This document shows, one piece after another, positions 36,280 to 45,553 of a stretch of 64,000 nucleotides of DNA; within the stretch, counting starts at the first letter, position 1; every line of letters starts with the position of its first letter. Under the pieces are notes generated by a model that saw only the letters and a program-made list of their open reading frames with translations, did no database searches and was not told the DNA's origin. The translations under genes and the position numbers were made by a program. This stretch comes from Anaerohalosphaeraceae bacterium. Its GTDB lineage: Bacteria > Planctomycetota > Phycisphaerae > Sedimentisphaerales > Anaerohalosphaeraceae. The stretch spans positions 296,058 to 360,057 of the forward strand of contig OY775912.1 of the NCBI GenBank assembly GCA_963675155.1, written 5' to 3'.

Positions 36280-36938
36280 TGACAAATTGGTTACAAGTTA
36301 CCTCAGGGCGTGGACCAGATGAATGCTGTTGGGTTGTGGCCAGGGTTGTCGAGGCAATCACTCAAGATGCGTCGGCAAATGGCTATAACTTAAATGTATT
36401 GGAAGTCGTGCCGGGAAGTAAGCCGGATTTGTTTAAGTCAGCACTGCTTTCTATTGAAGGCGACGGTTTATCTGAATTCTTGTCTCAATGGGAAGGGACG
36501 ATTCAGTGGATTGGAAAAAGTCAATTCCGTCCCAAGCATAAGCGGAAAAACTGGTTTGTGGGTGTCACATCTTATGAAGCTCCTGAAGAAGTTGATTATA
36601 GCTGCAGTGAATTTCGATTTGAAAGCATGCGATCATCCGGTCCCGGCGGTCAGCACGCTAACAAAATCGAATCGGCCGTGCGTGTCACCCATATGCCCAC
36701 GGGAATTAATGCCATCGCACAGGAAGAACGATCCCAGCATATGAATCGAAAATTGGCATTAAGCCGGTTGCATAAAAAACTCCAGCAACAAAAGCAGAGT
36801 ACTGAAATGCAGCTCCAGCAGGAACGATGGGATGAACATAATGCCTTGGAAAGAGGCAACCCCATCCGAGTGTATGAAGGTCTCAAATTCAAGCTAAAAA
36901 GAATAGACAAAAATAAAGAGTTAAGGATTATTCGATGA
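36279..36938 (+). CDS. prfH: PrfH-type (RF-H) peptide chain release factor homolog with GGQ motif, lacking the RF domain 1
   Basis: SSGPGGQHANKIESAVRVTH GGQ domain. N-terminal SGRGPDECCWVV...GTIQWIG...RPKHKRKNWF pattern characteristic of the RF-H family. ~219 aa. Encoded immediately after rtcB, as in described rtcB-prfH pairs. Confidence 0.75.
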   Translation: MTNWLQVTSGRGPDECCWVVARVVEAITQDASANGYNLNVLEVVPGSKPDLFKSALLSIEGDGLSEFLSQWEGTIQWIGKSQFRPKHKRKNWFVGVTSYEAPEEVDYSCSEFRFESMRSSGPGGQHANKIESAVRVTHMPTGINAIAQEERSQHMNRKLALSRLHKKLQQQKQSTEMQLQQERWDEHNALERGNPIRVYEGLKFKLKRIDKNKELRIIR

Positions 36939-38705
36939 GATAGAGATTTTTTGGATGATTAATTGTCCCGATTCTGCTGTTGTACACTGGCTATGATAAT
37001 ACCATGGTTTTTTCCATAGCTTGATCGCCAAACCGGTTACTGCTTGCGGGCGGGCCAGCATTCCCAATCGGCCCGATGCCGGAATTGTATAGGTCCGGGT
37101 TTTAGAGTCAATGTCTTCGATAAATGCATATTGTGATTGTCCCTGATCGTCGAACAGATAAACTCGCAGCCCGCCGAAGTCGTCTTTTGAAATTGCCGAA
37201 CAGGTGATTGTCAGTTCATCAAGATTCCTTGCGTCAATAGGTGGGAATTCAAATTTACATTCAACTTCGCTCTCTTTTTCAGCACTCAAATCGAAATCAA
37301 TGAGTAATCCTTTTGGCGTTTGGCTGGTATTTATTTTACCCGCTGCCCATGTATTCGTATTTATTGGCAGTTTTTCTTCCTGGGTAAAATCCAGAACAAT
37401 ATTTGGAGATTTGCCCGCAGATACAATAACAGGTTTTGGTTCTGATGCGTCTCGCCGAGCCCATTTTTTCAGCATCGCTGGTTTTTTGGAAAAATAGGTA
37501 TTTAATTTAGCCATGCCGTTTTGGACGAGGGGGTCGCCGACAAATGATTTTCGAATCATACCGTCTTCGGTGTAGTTGGCCAGTGACAAAAATAACATTG
37601 CCTGGTCCAGACACAGATAGCGGTTATCGACGAGACCGCTATTCAGATCAACGGAATCCCGGAATCCGAATGCGGTATCATTTAAAATGGGTTTACGAAG
37701 CCCCATGGCTTCAAGCTGTCGCAAATTTTTGATGACATGTTGTGGGTAAAAGTCAATGACTAACGCTGATGCATGCGGTGTGACGACCCACCACGGCAAA
37801 AATCCGCCTTCGGTGTAACCCTTCCCCGGGATGTTGCAGTTTGACCATCCCCACACCTTCAGTCCGCGTTGTTGAGATTCGCGAATCTGATGCCAGGCCA
37901 GGTCTGCGATCGAACAGCCGATCTCTGTTGTCCGCTCATCCAGAAAGATGGAGTCGATGGCCTGCATGAACAGTCCACCCATGTGATAGCCCGGTTCGAA
38001 AAATTCCAGTCCGTCGGCCTGAATTTTTCGGCGGTGTGTTTCGTACCATACATTTGGCGGGACATCACCACTGGCAATCATATAGAAAACGACGAGTCTG
38101 CAATCAGACGCCAGAAAGAAACGCCCTGAGCCAACGGGCTGATCTTTAATGAGGTCATATCCCCAACATGTATTGCCTGTTTGACTGTCATAAAGCCGGT
38201 TCCACTCAACCCGGTTAATAATTGCGGATGCTTCGTCATTTAGTTCCGGAAAAAATTGCCGTACCAGGATTAGGCCCGTAATCAATTTATTAAAGTCTGA
38301 GGTGGCTAAAACGGGTTCCGCGATTTCTGTTTTTCCGCCGACATCGACCCAGTTGGGCAAGAAGCCGTGTTTGCTTTCCAAACGGTTGACGGATCGGATA
38401 ATTTTTCGTATGCGCGTAATCGCTTCGTCTCTTGAAAGGTAGTCGAGTTTATACGCGGGGCCGATTGAGGCAAGATACAGGCCGATATTGGTGGTGTTGG
38501 TCTTTCCGCCGCCGGTCTGGGAGTCGGTTGGAAAACCGGTCTCCTTTGCCAGATGGCTGTCCAGATAATCCCAGGTTTCTCTCATGATGGTTTGCAGGTA
38601 TCGCCGATTGGCCTCTGAAATAGACCGAGATTGGTCAGTGGTTGTTTGAGCCGCTGAGACATTCAATGTCATTAACATCATTATGCACAGGATTATCTGT
38701 TTCAT
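36921..38705 (-). CDS. secreted six-hairpin glycosidase-like protein (glucoamylase-like/DUF3131-type; paralog family B)
   Basis: Signal peptide MKQIILCIMMLMTLNVSAAQ. Shares the W..LYD..G...GYD...FY.IA....P..WY pattern with 45554, 54904 and 57975. Convergent with and overlapping the prfH end. Confidence 0.5.
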   Translation of the reverse strand: MKQIILCIMMLMTLNVSAAQTTTDQSRSISEANRRYLQTIMRETWDYLDSHLAKETGFPTDSQTGGGKTNTTNIGLYLASIGPAYKLDYLSRDEAITRIRKIIRSVNRLESKHGFLPNWVDVGGKTEIAEPVLATSDFNKLITGLILVRQFFPELNDEASAIINRVEWNRLYDSQTGNTCWGYDLIKDQPVGSGRFFLASDCRLVVFYMIASGDVPPNVWYETHRRKIQADGLEFFEPGYHMGGLFMQAIDSIFLDERTTEIGCSIADLAWHQIRESQQRGLKVWGWSNCNIPGKGYTEGGFLPWWVVTPHASALVIDFYPQHVIKNLRQLEAMGLRKPILNDTAFGFRDSVDLNSGLVDNRYLCLDQAMLFLSLANYTEDGMIRKSFVGDPLVQNGMAKLNTYFSKKPAMLKKWARRDASEPKPVIVSAGKSPNIVLDFTQEEKLPINTNTWAAGKINTSQTPKGLLIDFDLSAEKESEVECKFEFPPIDARNLDELTITCSAISKDDFGGLRVYLFDDQGQSQYAFIEDIDSKTRTYTIPASGRLGMLARPQAVTGLAIKLWKKPWYYHSQCTTAESGQLIIQKISISSNNP

Positions 38706-38722
38706 CAGTTATACTCCGCCTT

Positions 38723-41179
38723 TTAAATAGTATCCGATACAAAGTTAAGAATGAGTTTATCCGAAGTCATCTGGTGTTGGTATCGTAAAGTGATTTTTTG
38801 ATTTTTCTGTTCAAATAAAACCTGCTCTCCGTTGAGGGAAACATCACGGACGCGGTGATTGCATTCCAGGAGCATGTATCCGTCAGTGTCAGGATGTCCA
38901 CAGAGTTCTAAAGTAATCTTTTTGTCTGATGAGTCAATGCTCAGGATTTCCGATGTTGTCAATTTTAACTCACATTTATCATTTAGCGGCATATTGAAGG
39001 GCAAGACCAACCCACCGAAAGGCGGCAGGTTGAATTGAATGCCTGCCAAGCCGTTCATGCCGGTGCTGACAGTCGTTTCTTGCGGCTGATTATGATAATT
39101 CAACATGAAAAAGTAGCCGCTGTTTTGTCCGATTTTTCGAGTCCGCGTAATGATCCGTGGATTGTCACATAGAATAGAGCCTCGGAAATCTTCATTCAGC
39201 CCTAGTTTCTGCCAAGCCGTTTGATGAGCGACAGCCTGATAGTTAAATCCTGTCCCCAATACGGTTGCCGAACCCTTTCCGCAAGTGACTTTGAGGCCGC
39301 AAGGTTTACCATTTCGGGCCGTGGCAATGACTTTTGCATTATTTGGATTGAAGGTTTCGATATACCGTGTTGCGTGTATTTCTTCATTACTGTCGGCCCA
39401 GCGTATCATCCCGTCAAAATCATCCAGAACTTCATCGGCCCGGACATTGAGTCCATCGGCCAGTAGAGTACAGAAATTGGACTGAAGATCATATTTTGGT
39501 AGTGTGGGAAAACAAATCAGATGCCCGCCGTTTTGTACGTATTTTAGCAGCATCATCTGGGAATCAGCATCCATGCGATCTGTGGAAGCCACCCAAAGCT
39601 GTTTATAGTGTGACATCTGCTGGCTGTCTGCACGGGTAATGTCAATGGCATCATATTCTTGATTATCCATGGCCAGAAGCTTACCCACGCCGTCAAAAAG
39701 CAATTGATCTGTGATGGTTGGCAGGTCGAATCGACAGTCGATGCCCGTTCGAGGATCAAAATTTTCTTTGCTGAATAAAGGTCGGGTTAACTCCCGGTAA
39801 TAGTAGGGCGGATAAAAAGCCAGGGCCTGAGATGCGTTCGTTGCTGCCTTGCAGAGCCGGCTTCCGTGGGTTTTGATCAACTTGCCGATTTTTCGGATAA
39901 CCGGGTACTGGTCGCCGGGATTGCCGTCAACGTCAAGTGGTGTTTGAAGATAAAACGAGGAGTCATAGACGCTCCATCCGGGCGGGTTTTGTCCCGCACT
40001 GAACATGTAATAGTTCATTGAGACCACACCGTTGGCCAGGCAGGCTTTATAAAAGAGTTCCATTTCTGTCGGGTATACGGTGACATTGGCTTCACGTGTT
40101 CCGGCCTGAAGTTCGGCAACATACATTGGGCCGCGACCGCCCTGAATAGCTTTTGTGAATTCATTGATGATCCGGTCGTCATGGAAATTCCGGTAGGACA
40201 GGTTTTCCGGGATGTGATCGACGCCGAGAAGAATATCCGGATACAGGCGAGACAATTCGTGATACATGGACAGGCAAACCGGCATCTCTTTAGCTCTTGA
40301 GAAAACCCAGCCAGGGACATTATGAAAGAGGGGAGTTTGAATTCCTCTGCTGCGTATCTCTTTAATCAGTTGGCCAATATAGCCGGCGTAGAATTGGCGA
40401 TGATAAGCTTGCCAGTCCTGGTATCCGGCATGGTCGGCCCGAGTTTTGACATGCCCTGAAGGGGGGCGAACTTGCTGCCAGCTTGTATAGTCAGTGCCAT
40501 AGCCGCTATTCAATTGTCTGATATCATCATAAATGGAGCGTAGATAATTTCGATAGTCCTGCAGTGATGCGTCACTGTAGTCGCCGGCGCCGCCGAGCCA
40601 TTGAAACAATCCGACTTCATTGCAGACCTGCGTTAGAGCAATGGGGCCTGATTGAGACACTTGATGACGGGCCAGCAGGGGCATGACTGCATCGTACCAC
40701 TGCATGGCCTTGCGTTTGTAGTCCGGATGGACCAGACAAGTGTATTGAGCCGGATACGGTTTGCCACTGGGACCACACGCCATCGCATCGGGATAGTTTT
40801 CGAAAAACCAGCGGGGAATTCCATGCATTGCTAATTCCGCCAGAATATACGGACCGGGTTTGACGGTCAAATTCAATTCCATGTCTTTGCACAGGCCGAT
40901 AAAACGCTCCAGGTCCAGGTTGGCTCCATAGCAGCCGGAGAAATCGGGCTCTCCTTCGATTTGTTCGTGCAGTGACCATGGGATATAAGAAGAAACAGTA
41001 TTGAGGCCCGCTTCTTTCATGCGTTTCAGATGTATTGGCCAGCGGTCTGCGTTAATGCGGAAATAATGCATTTCTCCGCTTAAAATAAAATAATATTTTC
41101 CATCTCGCAGAAATGCCCGATGATCAAATGACAGTTCGCTCGGCTGTGTTGTTTTCTGTTTTAATGTGTCTGTAATCAA
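38723..41179 (-). CDS. GH35 family beta-galactosidase
   Basis: GH35 N-terminal block (FILSGEMHYFRINADRWPIHLKRMKEAGLNTVSSYIPWSLHE) and LTQVCNEVG (equivalent of the QVENEYG motif). No obvious signal peptide. Confidence 0.8.
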   Translation of the reverse strand: MITDTLKQKTTQPSELSFDHRAFLRDGKYYFILSGEMHYFRINADRWPIHLKRMKEAGLNTVSSYIPWSLHEQIEGEPDFSGCYGANLDLERFIGLCKDMELNLTVKPGPYILAELAMHGIPRWFFENYPDAMACGPSGKPYPAQYTCLVHPDYKRKAMQWYDAVMPLLARHQVSQSGPIALTQVCNEVGLFQWLGGAGDYSDASLQDYRNYLRSIYDDIRQLNSGYGTDYTSWQQVRPPSGHVKTRADHAGYQDWQAYHRQFYAGYIGQLIKEIRSRGIQTPLFHNVPGWVFSRAKEMPVCLSMYHELSRLYPDILLGVDHIPENLSYRNFHDDRIINEFTKAIQGGRGPMYVAELQAGTREANVTVYPTEMELFYKACLANGVVSMNYYMFSAGQNPPGWSVYDSSFYLQTPLDVDGNPGDQYPVIRKIGKLIKTHGSRLCKAATNASQALAFYPPYYYRELTRPLFSKENFDPRTGIDCRFDLPTITDQLLFDGVGKLLAMDNQEYDAIDITRADSQQMSHYKQLWVASTDRMDADSQMMLLKYVQNGGHLICFPTLPKYDLQSNFCTLLADGLNVRADEVLDDFDGMIRWADSNEEIHATRYIETFNPNNAKVIATARNGKPCGLKVTCGKGSATVLGTGFNYQAVAHQTAWQKLGLNEDFRGSILCDNPRIITRTRKIGQNSGYFFMLNYHNQPQETTVSTGMNGLAGIQFNLPPFGGLVLPFNMPLNDKCELKLTTSEILSIDSSDKKITLELCGHPDTDGYMLLECNHRVRDVSLNGEQVLFEQKNQKITLRYQHQMTSDKLILNFVSDTI

Positions 41180-44127
41180 TTGTCTGTCCTTGTTGTGGTA
41201 TTAGATTGAATGACCAGTTTGATGTCTTTGGGGACAATAAACCCGTTCGGGGGCTTTCTTGTATATCGAAGTTTCAATAGAGCCTGTCCGTTTGAGGATT
41301 CTTTCAAATCATAGCTGACAGGGCCCCACCATGTCTGAAGATTTTTAACTGAAATACCTGTTTTGAGCCAGTCGGGCGGGATTGCCGCCGCGAGGAAAAG
41401 GGCGTCGCGTTCTTCATAGACCAGCATGTCGCGGATGGCATTAATAAGGCCCGCGCCGACCCATGTATGCGGCATATCACCGATATAACTGGGCGTTCTC
41501 AGGTCGCCGTGCACGACTTCGGCCATGTGATTCCAGCCGGTCGGTCGCACGGCGTCATCAAGAAAATAATCGACCAGCATGATGGCGTCTTCCGGGCGTC
41601 CCATGCGAATCAATGCTGAAATGTTTCGCACTTCATAGGGTGTATAGGTTGAACGGGTTCCGAGCGGTTGTGAAACTCTGTGTCTGCTTTCGCTGACATA
41701 GCGATCATAGCTATTTTTCAGTGCGTCCTGCGGCAATGTATCACGTTCATCCGCCGTCATAATTGCGATGGATGTAGAAGTCGGATCGAAATCGCCTAAT
41801 TCTGCGCAGCCCGGTATTATCTCCAGCTTGTCTCGCTCACGCACCCGTTGGATAGAAGTCAGCAGGGACTGTCTGAAATCATTTTCAAATGAGGCGAGCC
41901 AATTGGCCTCGTCGGTATGTCCCAGACGCAGTGCCAGTGCTTGCGCGTCCTGGATACCTTTGAGGGCAAAAAAATCGTCCCAATAACTGTGTTTCGCGGG
42001 GAAATATCCTTCATGGCTGTTGGATTCCGGCAGAATTCCTTCATAGACCGTTCCCTTGTATTCCTCCGTCAATCGCTGGGTTCGTAGTGCCTCCATATGC
42101 TTCATGGCGGCTTTGACTTTGGGCCAAGAATGTTCTGCGATCGCATCATCATCCGCTAACTCCGTCGCTTGGCGAACCAGGAAAGCATATTGTCCGAATG
42201 AATCGTGCTCGTGCCATGAGCGTGCGAACCAAGCCATTTCGCCGGTGTTGGTCTCAACCAGAAACGGAACGAAGCCATCTTCCTTGATCAGGTCGGTGAA
42301 CCAGTTCAGATAATTTTGTCCCTGCTCAAACAAACCGAACCGCATCATCGCTGTCGCACTGATAGCCCCATCACGAATCCAGGAGCTGTTATAGTTTCTG
42401 GAACCTGGCTGCGTTGCCGGACCGTCGGCGTTGATACATAGATAAGCCAGGTTCGAGCGAACAAGATCCACTAATTTCTGATTCGGTAGATCAATCTGCC
42501 AGTTATCGATCAATGCTGACCAGTTCGAGATCGACTTTTTCATCTCTGTCTGAAAAAGAGATTCCGAATTGGCCGGGATGTCAACATGAGAAGAATCTGT
42601 ATTCGGATAAACAGCTAATAGGGTTTTAGATTGTCCGGGTTCGAGAAAATAATCATAACGCATGCCGGCACAAGCCAGCCCCTCTTGTGATGATATGCTA
42701 TTTGATTGAGTTTTTCGATTGACTAATTGTTCGGTAATATCAATGGCGTCGGCCTCTTGTGTTTGTGCATGCAGTGAGACAAAGTCCGGCTTCGGATACA
42801 GCGATATTGCCTTCACGTCATTGATTGAGAGGGTGTTTTCCTGGGGTGTCCATGCCATTCTTTGTATTGCTGAGAAGCCCCCGTGCTGCCAGGGCGGATT
42901 GATCGGCAAAGGGCGGACTGCAAACAGCAGCGATAGATCAATTTCTTTTAGACTGGTATTTTTGAGCTTGTAGAGAACCACGGTTGTATCCGGCTCAATG
43001 GTATTCGCAGTGATATCAACGGTCAGGTGTTGATTTTTCCACTGTACAGATGGAATGGGCATCCAGCCGTTGACCAGTGTTTGTGTGCAATCGAAGCTTT
43101 TAGCGGAAATCAGTTCGTTATTGATCAACAGTGCCGGAGTCACGCTGAAATTTCGCAAGCCCGATTCCACTTTTCCGTATTCATCCAGTAGTGACTCGTT
43201 GAAGCTTCCGGGTAAGCCGGTAACTGTCCAGAAGGTCTGCTCACGCCGAAGCCAACCGGGGAAAAGCCCGTCTGGCAGACGCTGAGAGAGCATTTCAAAA
43301 TGTCGTTCGGGTGTCCATGACTCAGAGGGCTGTTTAAGCTGAATCTCTGCAATTCGCACAGGTTTGTCCGAACTCGGAAAATTCAGTCGAAGTTTCCGGG
43401 TTGTAATTGTTTTAAAGAAAACATCTTCGATGGCAGAGACACCTTCTTTTTTGTTAACGAGTGTTTCCCACTGGTTATTTTCGGAGAAGTACTGGATCGA
43501 GCAGGGACAGGCATAATCATCCGCCCACTCAATTCTCATGCCGCCGGTTTCAATCGGCTGCGGAGAGATAATTTCGAGTACAGATGTTTCTGAATCGGTC
43601 TTTGCCGGTTGCCAGAACGTTTCTTTCCGGCCGTCCATGACGTGATTGGGTGATGTGCCGTCTGTGCTGCTGGTGGCCTGAACCGTTCGCTGTTTGTCGA
43701 GTCCGAGCAATTCGATTTCCCAAATTGAGTAGCCCCAGCCGGTTCCGCGACGTAAACCCTTTAATCTCAAAGCGTTACACTGTTGCGGTCCGAAATAGAG
43801 TGCATCGATCCCACCGTCGGAGGTTCTGACTTCGCTGAGGGTGGTCCATTGGTTGTCCTCATTCCGGACTTCGATATTGTAATCCCGTCCGTAGGCGGTT
43901 TCCCAGTGAATATTTAAGCCGGCGATAGCTGTTGTCTTCTCAAATTCAATCAGCAGCCATTGGTCATCGGAGAAATTGCTCGACCAGCGGGTGTCCATTT
44001 TTCCATCCATTGCCAAAGCGGGGTCATAACTGCCCTGGCCGGAGCTGGATGAGAGTTTTGCTGCGAAAATCGTCTGTGTTGCGACCCATAAGCAAAGTAG
44101 TGTCTGCAATGATAACCTTGAAATCAC
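41176..44127 (-). CDS. secreted protein with tandem F5/8 type C (discoidin) domains and a C-terminal (alpha/alpha)6 six-hairpin glycosidase domain (GH15/GH63-like W-I-R-D motif)
   Basis: Signal peptide. Discoidin-like LAMDGKMDTRWSS and VMDGRKETFWQP. SWIRDGAISATAMM motif typical of glucoamylase/processing-glucosidase-type barrels. 4-nt overlap with the GH35 gene (operon). Confidence 0.6.
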   Translation of the reverse strand: MISRLSLQTLLCLWVATQTIFAAKLSSSSGQGSYDPALAMDGKMDTRWSSNFSDDQWLLIEFEKTTAIAGLNIHWETAYGRDYNIEVRNEDNQWTTLSEVRTSDGGIDALYFGPQQCNALRLKGLRRGTGWGYSIWEIELLGLDKQRTVQATSSTDGTSPNHVMDGRKETFWQPAKTDSETSVLEIISPQPIETGGMRIEWADDYACPCSIQYFSENNQWETLVNKKEGVSAIEDVFFKTITTRKLRLNFPSSDKPVRIAEIQLKQPSESWTPERHFEMLSQRLPDGLFPGWLRREQTFWTVTGLPGSFNESLLDEYGKVESGLRNFSVTPALLINNELISAKSFDCTQTLVNGWMPIPSVQWKNQHLTVDITANTIEPDTTVVLYKLKNTSLKEIDLSLLFAVRPLPINPPWQHGGFSAIQRMAWTPQENTLSINDVKAISLYPKPDFVSLHAQTQEADAIDITEQLVNRKTQSNSISSQEGLACAGMRYDYFLEPGQSKTLLAVYPNTDSSHVDIPANSESLFQTEMKKSISNWSALIDNWQIDLPNQKLVDLVRSNLAYLCINADGPATQPGSRNYNSSWIRDGAISATAMMRFGLFEQGQNYLNWFTDLIKEDGFVPFLVETNTGEMAWFARSWHEHDSFGQYAFLVRQATELADDDAIAEHSWPKVKAAMKHMEALRTQRLTEEYKGTVYEGILPESNSHEGYFPAKHSYWDDFFALKGIQDAQALALRLGHTDEANWLASFENDFRQSLLTSIQRVRERDKLEIIPGCAELGDFDPTSTSIAIMTADERDTLPQDALKNSYDRYVSESRHRVSQPLGTRSTYTPYEVRNISALIRMGRPEDAIMLVDYFLDDAVRPTGWNHMAEVVHGDLRTPSYIGDMPHTWVGAGLINAIRDMLVYEERDALFLAAAIPPDWLKTGISVKNLQTWWGPVSYDLKESSNGQALLKLRYTRKPPNGFIVPKDIKLVIQSNTTTRTDN

Positions 44128-44154
44128 ATTAATCCCTTTCCTGTTGAAAAAAGT

Positions 44155-44172
44155 AGTAAAAACGTTTTCATG
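44155..44172. promoter_or_regulatory. LacI-family operator-like palindrome (site 1) in the leader of the divergent GH35 operon
   Basis: GTAAAAACGTTTTCATG with perfect core AAAACGTTTT. One of five near-identical sites. Confidence 0.5.
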
Positions 44173-44358
44173 TTTTAGAGTTTCTCATTTCCCCATCTTT
44201 TTGTCAAGAAAAAATATTTATTCAGGTCCGCAATTATCGGTCGCAGGATTTTCAGGACAGAATAAATTTCCATTAAGTCCTTTTTTATAAGACAGATATG
44301 ATTTTTTTAAGAAATTTTCACTCTGCTGTTCTTCCTGCATGACCCTCTCAGAAAAAGC

Positions 44359-44398
44359 TTGACAAAGTGTGAAAATAATGGTAAAAACGTTTTTATGG
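44359..44398 (+). promoter_or_regulatory. sigma-70-like promoter (TTGACA-N17-TAAAAA) with overlapping LacI-family operator palindrome (site 2) upstream of the lacI-family gene
   Basis: TTGACA at 44359-44364, -10 TAAAAA at 44382-44387 embedded in GTAAAAACGTTTTTATGG. Same architecture at 51989..52028. Confidence 0.5.
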
Positions 44399-44457
44399 CA
44401 TATTCGTCTAATAGCAAAGTTGTTTTATGATGCGTTCTATAAAAGGATTTTTGACCA

Positions 44458-45498
44458 ATGTCAATCAAGACAAAAAATGTAACGATTCACAATGTCGCAA
44501 AGGTGGCCGGGGTGTCAATTTCAACGGTTTCCAGGGTTGTTAATAAACTGGGGCGTGTTGCCCCTGAGACCCGGCGTAAGGTTGAATTGGCGATTCAGGA
44601 GTTGGATTTCCATCCCAACATGAGAGCTCAGGCATTGAGTAAAAAGTGTACTGATACGATCGGATTGGTGGTTCCTGATTTTGAAGGCCAATATTTTTCA
44701 ATGCTGATGGAAGGTGCCAACGAAGAAGCTGAACGCAACGGTGTTCACCTGATGGTTCTGAAAGCCAAGGGGTCAGAGTCCAAGGTTGAGGCGATTATTC
44801 GTCTTTGTTCTGGTGGGCGAACGGATGGTTTGATCTTAATGCTGGATGAGCTTTGGGATAATGTGCTGGATGTGGTCGGCAATATTGACAGTCCTTTGGT
44901 GATTCTGGATAAAGATGTCAATTATAAACGCCTGGATAACATTTTAGTGGATAACCGAATGGGGGCGTTTGAAGCCGCTAAGCATTTGATCGATGTGCAT
45001 GATGCAAAGGAGTTATTTTTCATTGGCGGACCTGAAAATAATGTTGACACGACAGACCGCGCGAAAGGCTTTTCAGATGCGTTGACGTTAGCGGGTCTGA
45101 ATGCCAAAGGCCGGCAATATTACGGCCGGACCTATAGCTATGATGAGGGGTATAAGCTTACCAAAGACAGGATTGCGAGAATCATTGAATCAGGACGCCA
45201 GACCGGTATCGTTGCGGCCAATGATGATATTGCCTGTGGAGTGATCGACGCGTTAGAGGACATGGATATTAAAGTTCCTGAACAGGTCGGAGTCATTGGT
45301 TTTGACGATTCGTACATTGCCATCCGGCGGCGACTGAAACTTTCTTCGATGCGTATCCCTATGAAGGAAATTGGAAGCGCGGCGGTCAAGATGGTTTTAA
45401 ACCGGATCGAAGACCGGGAACTGGAACCTTCAAAAGTCATTTTAAAGGCGCGTCTGGTTGTTCGTGAATCATGCGGATGCAACCGCAAGCCTCACTAA
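44458..45498 (+). CDS. LacI-family transcriptional regulator
   Basis: N-terminal HTH VTIHNVAKVAGVSISTVSRVVNK...ETRRKVELAIQELDFHPNMRAQALSKK. Periplasmic-binding-protein-like effector domain. Confidence 0.85.
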   Translation: MSIKTKNVTIHNVAKVAGVSISTVSRVVNKLGRVAPETRRKVELAIQELDFHPNMRAQALSKKCTDTIGLVVPDFEGQYFSMLMEGANEEAERNGVHLMVLKAKGSESKVEAIIRLCSGGRTDGLILMLDELWDNVLDVVGNIDSPLVILDKDVNYKRLDNILVDNRMGAFEAAKHLIDVHDAKELFFIGGPENNVDTTDRAKGFSDALTLAGLNAKGRQYYGRTYSYDEGYKLTKDRIARIIESGRQTGIVAANDDIACGVIDALEDMDIKVPEQVGVIGFDDSYIAIRRRLKLSSMRIPMKEIGSAAVKMVLNRIEDRELEPSKVILKARLVVRESCGCNRKPH

Positions 45499-45553
45499 TC
45501 GCCGGATATTCATCGAAATGAAAGTTTTATTAAACCACAATGGAGGCCCTCTG

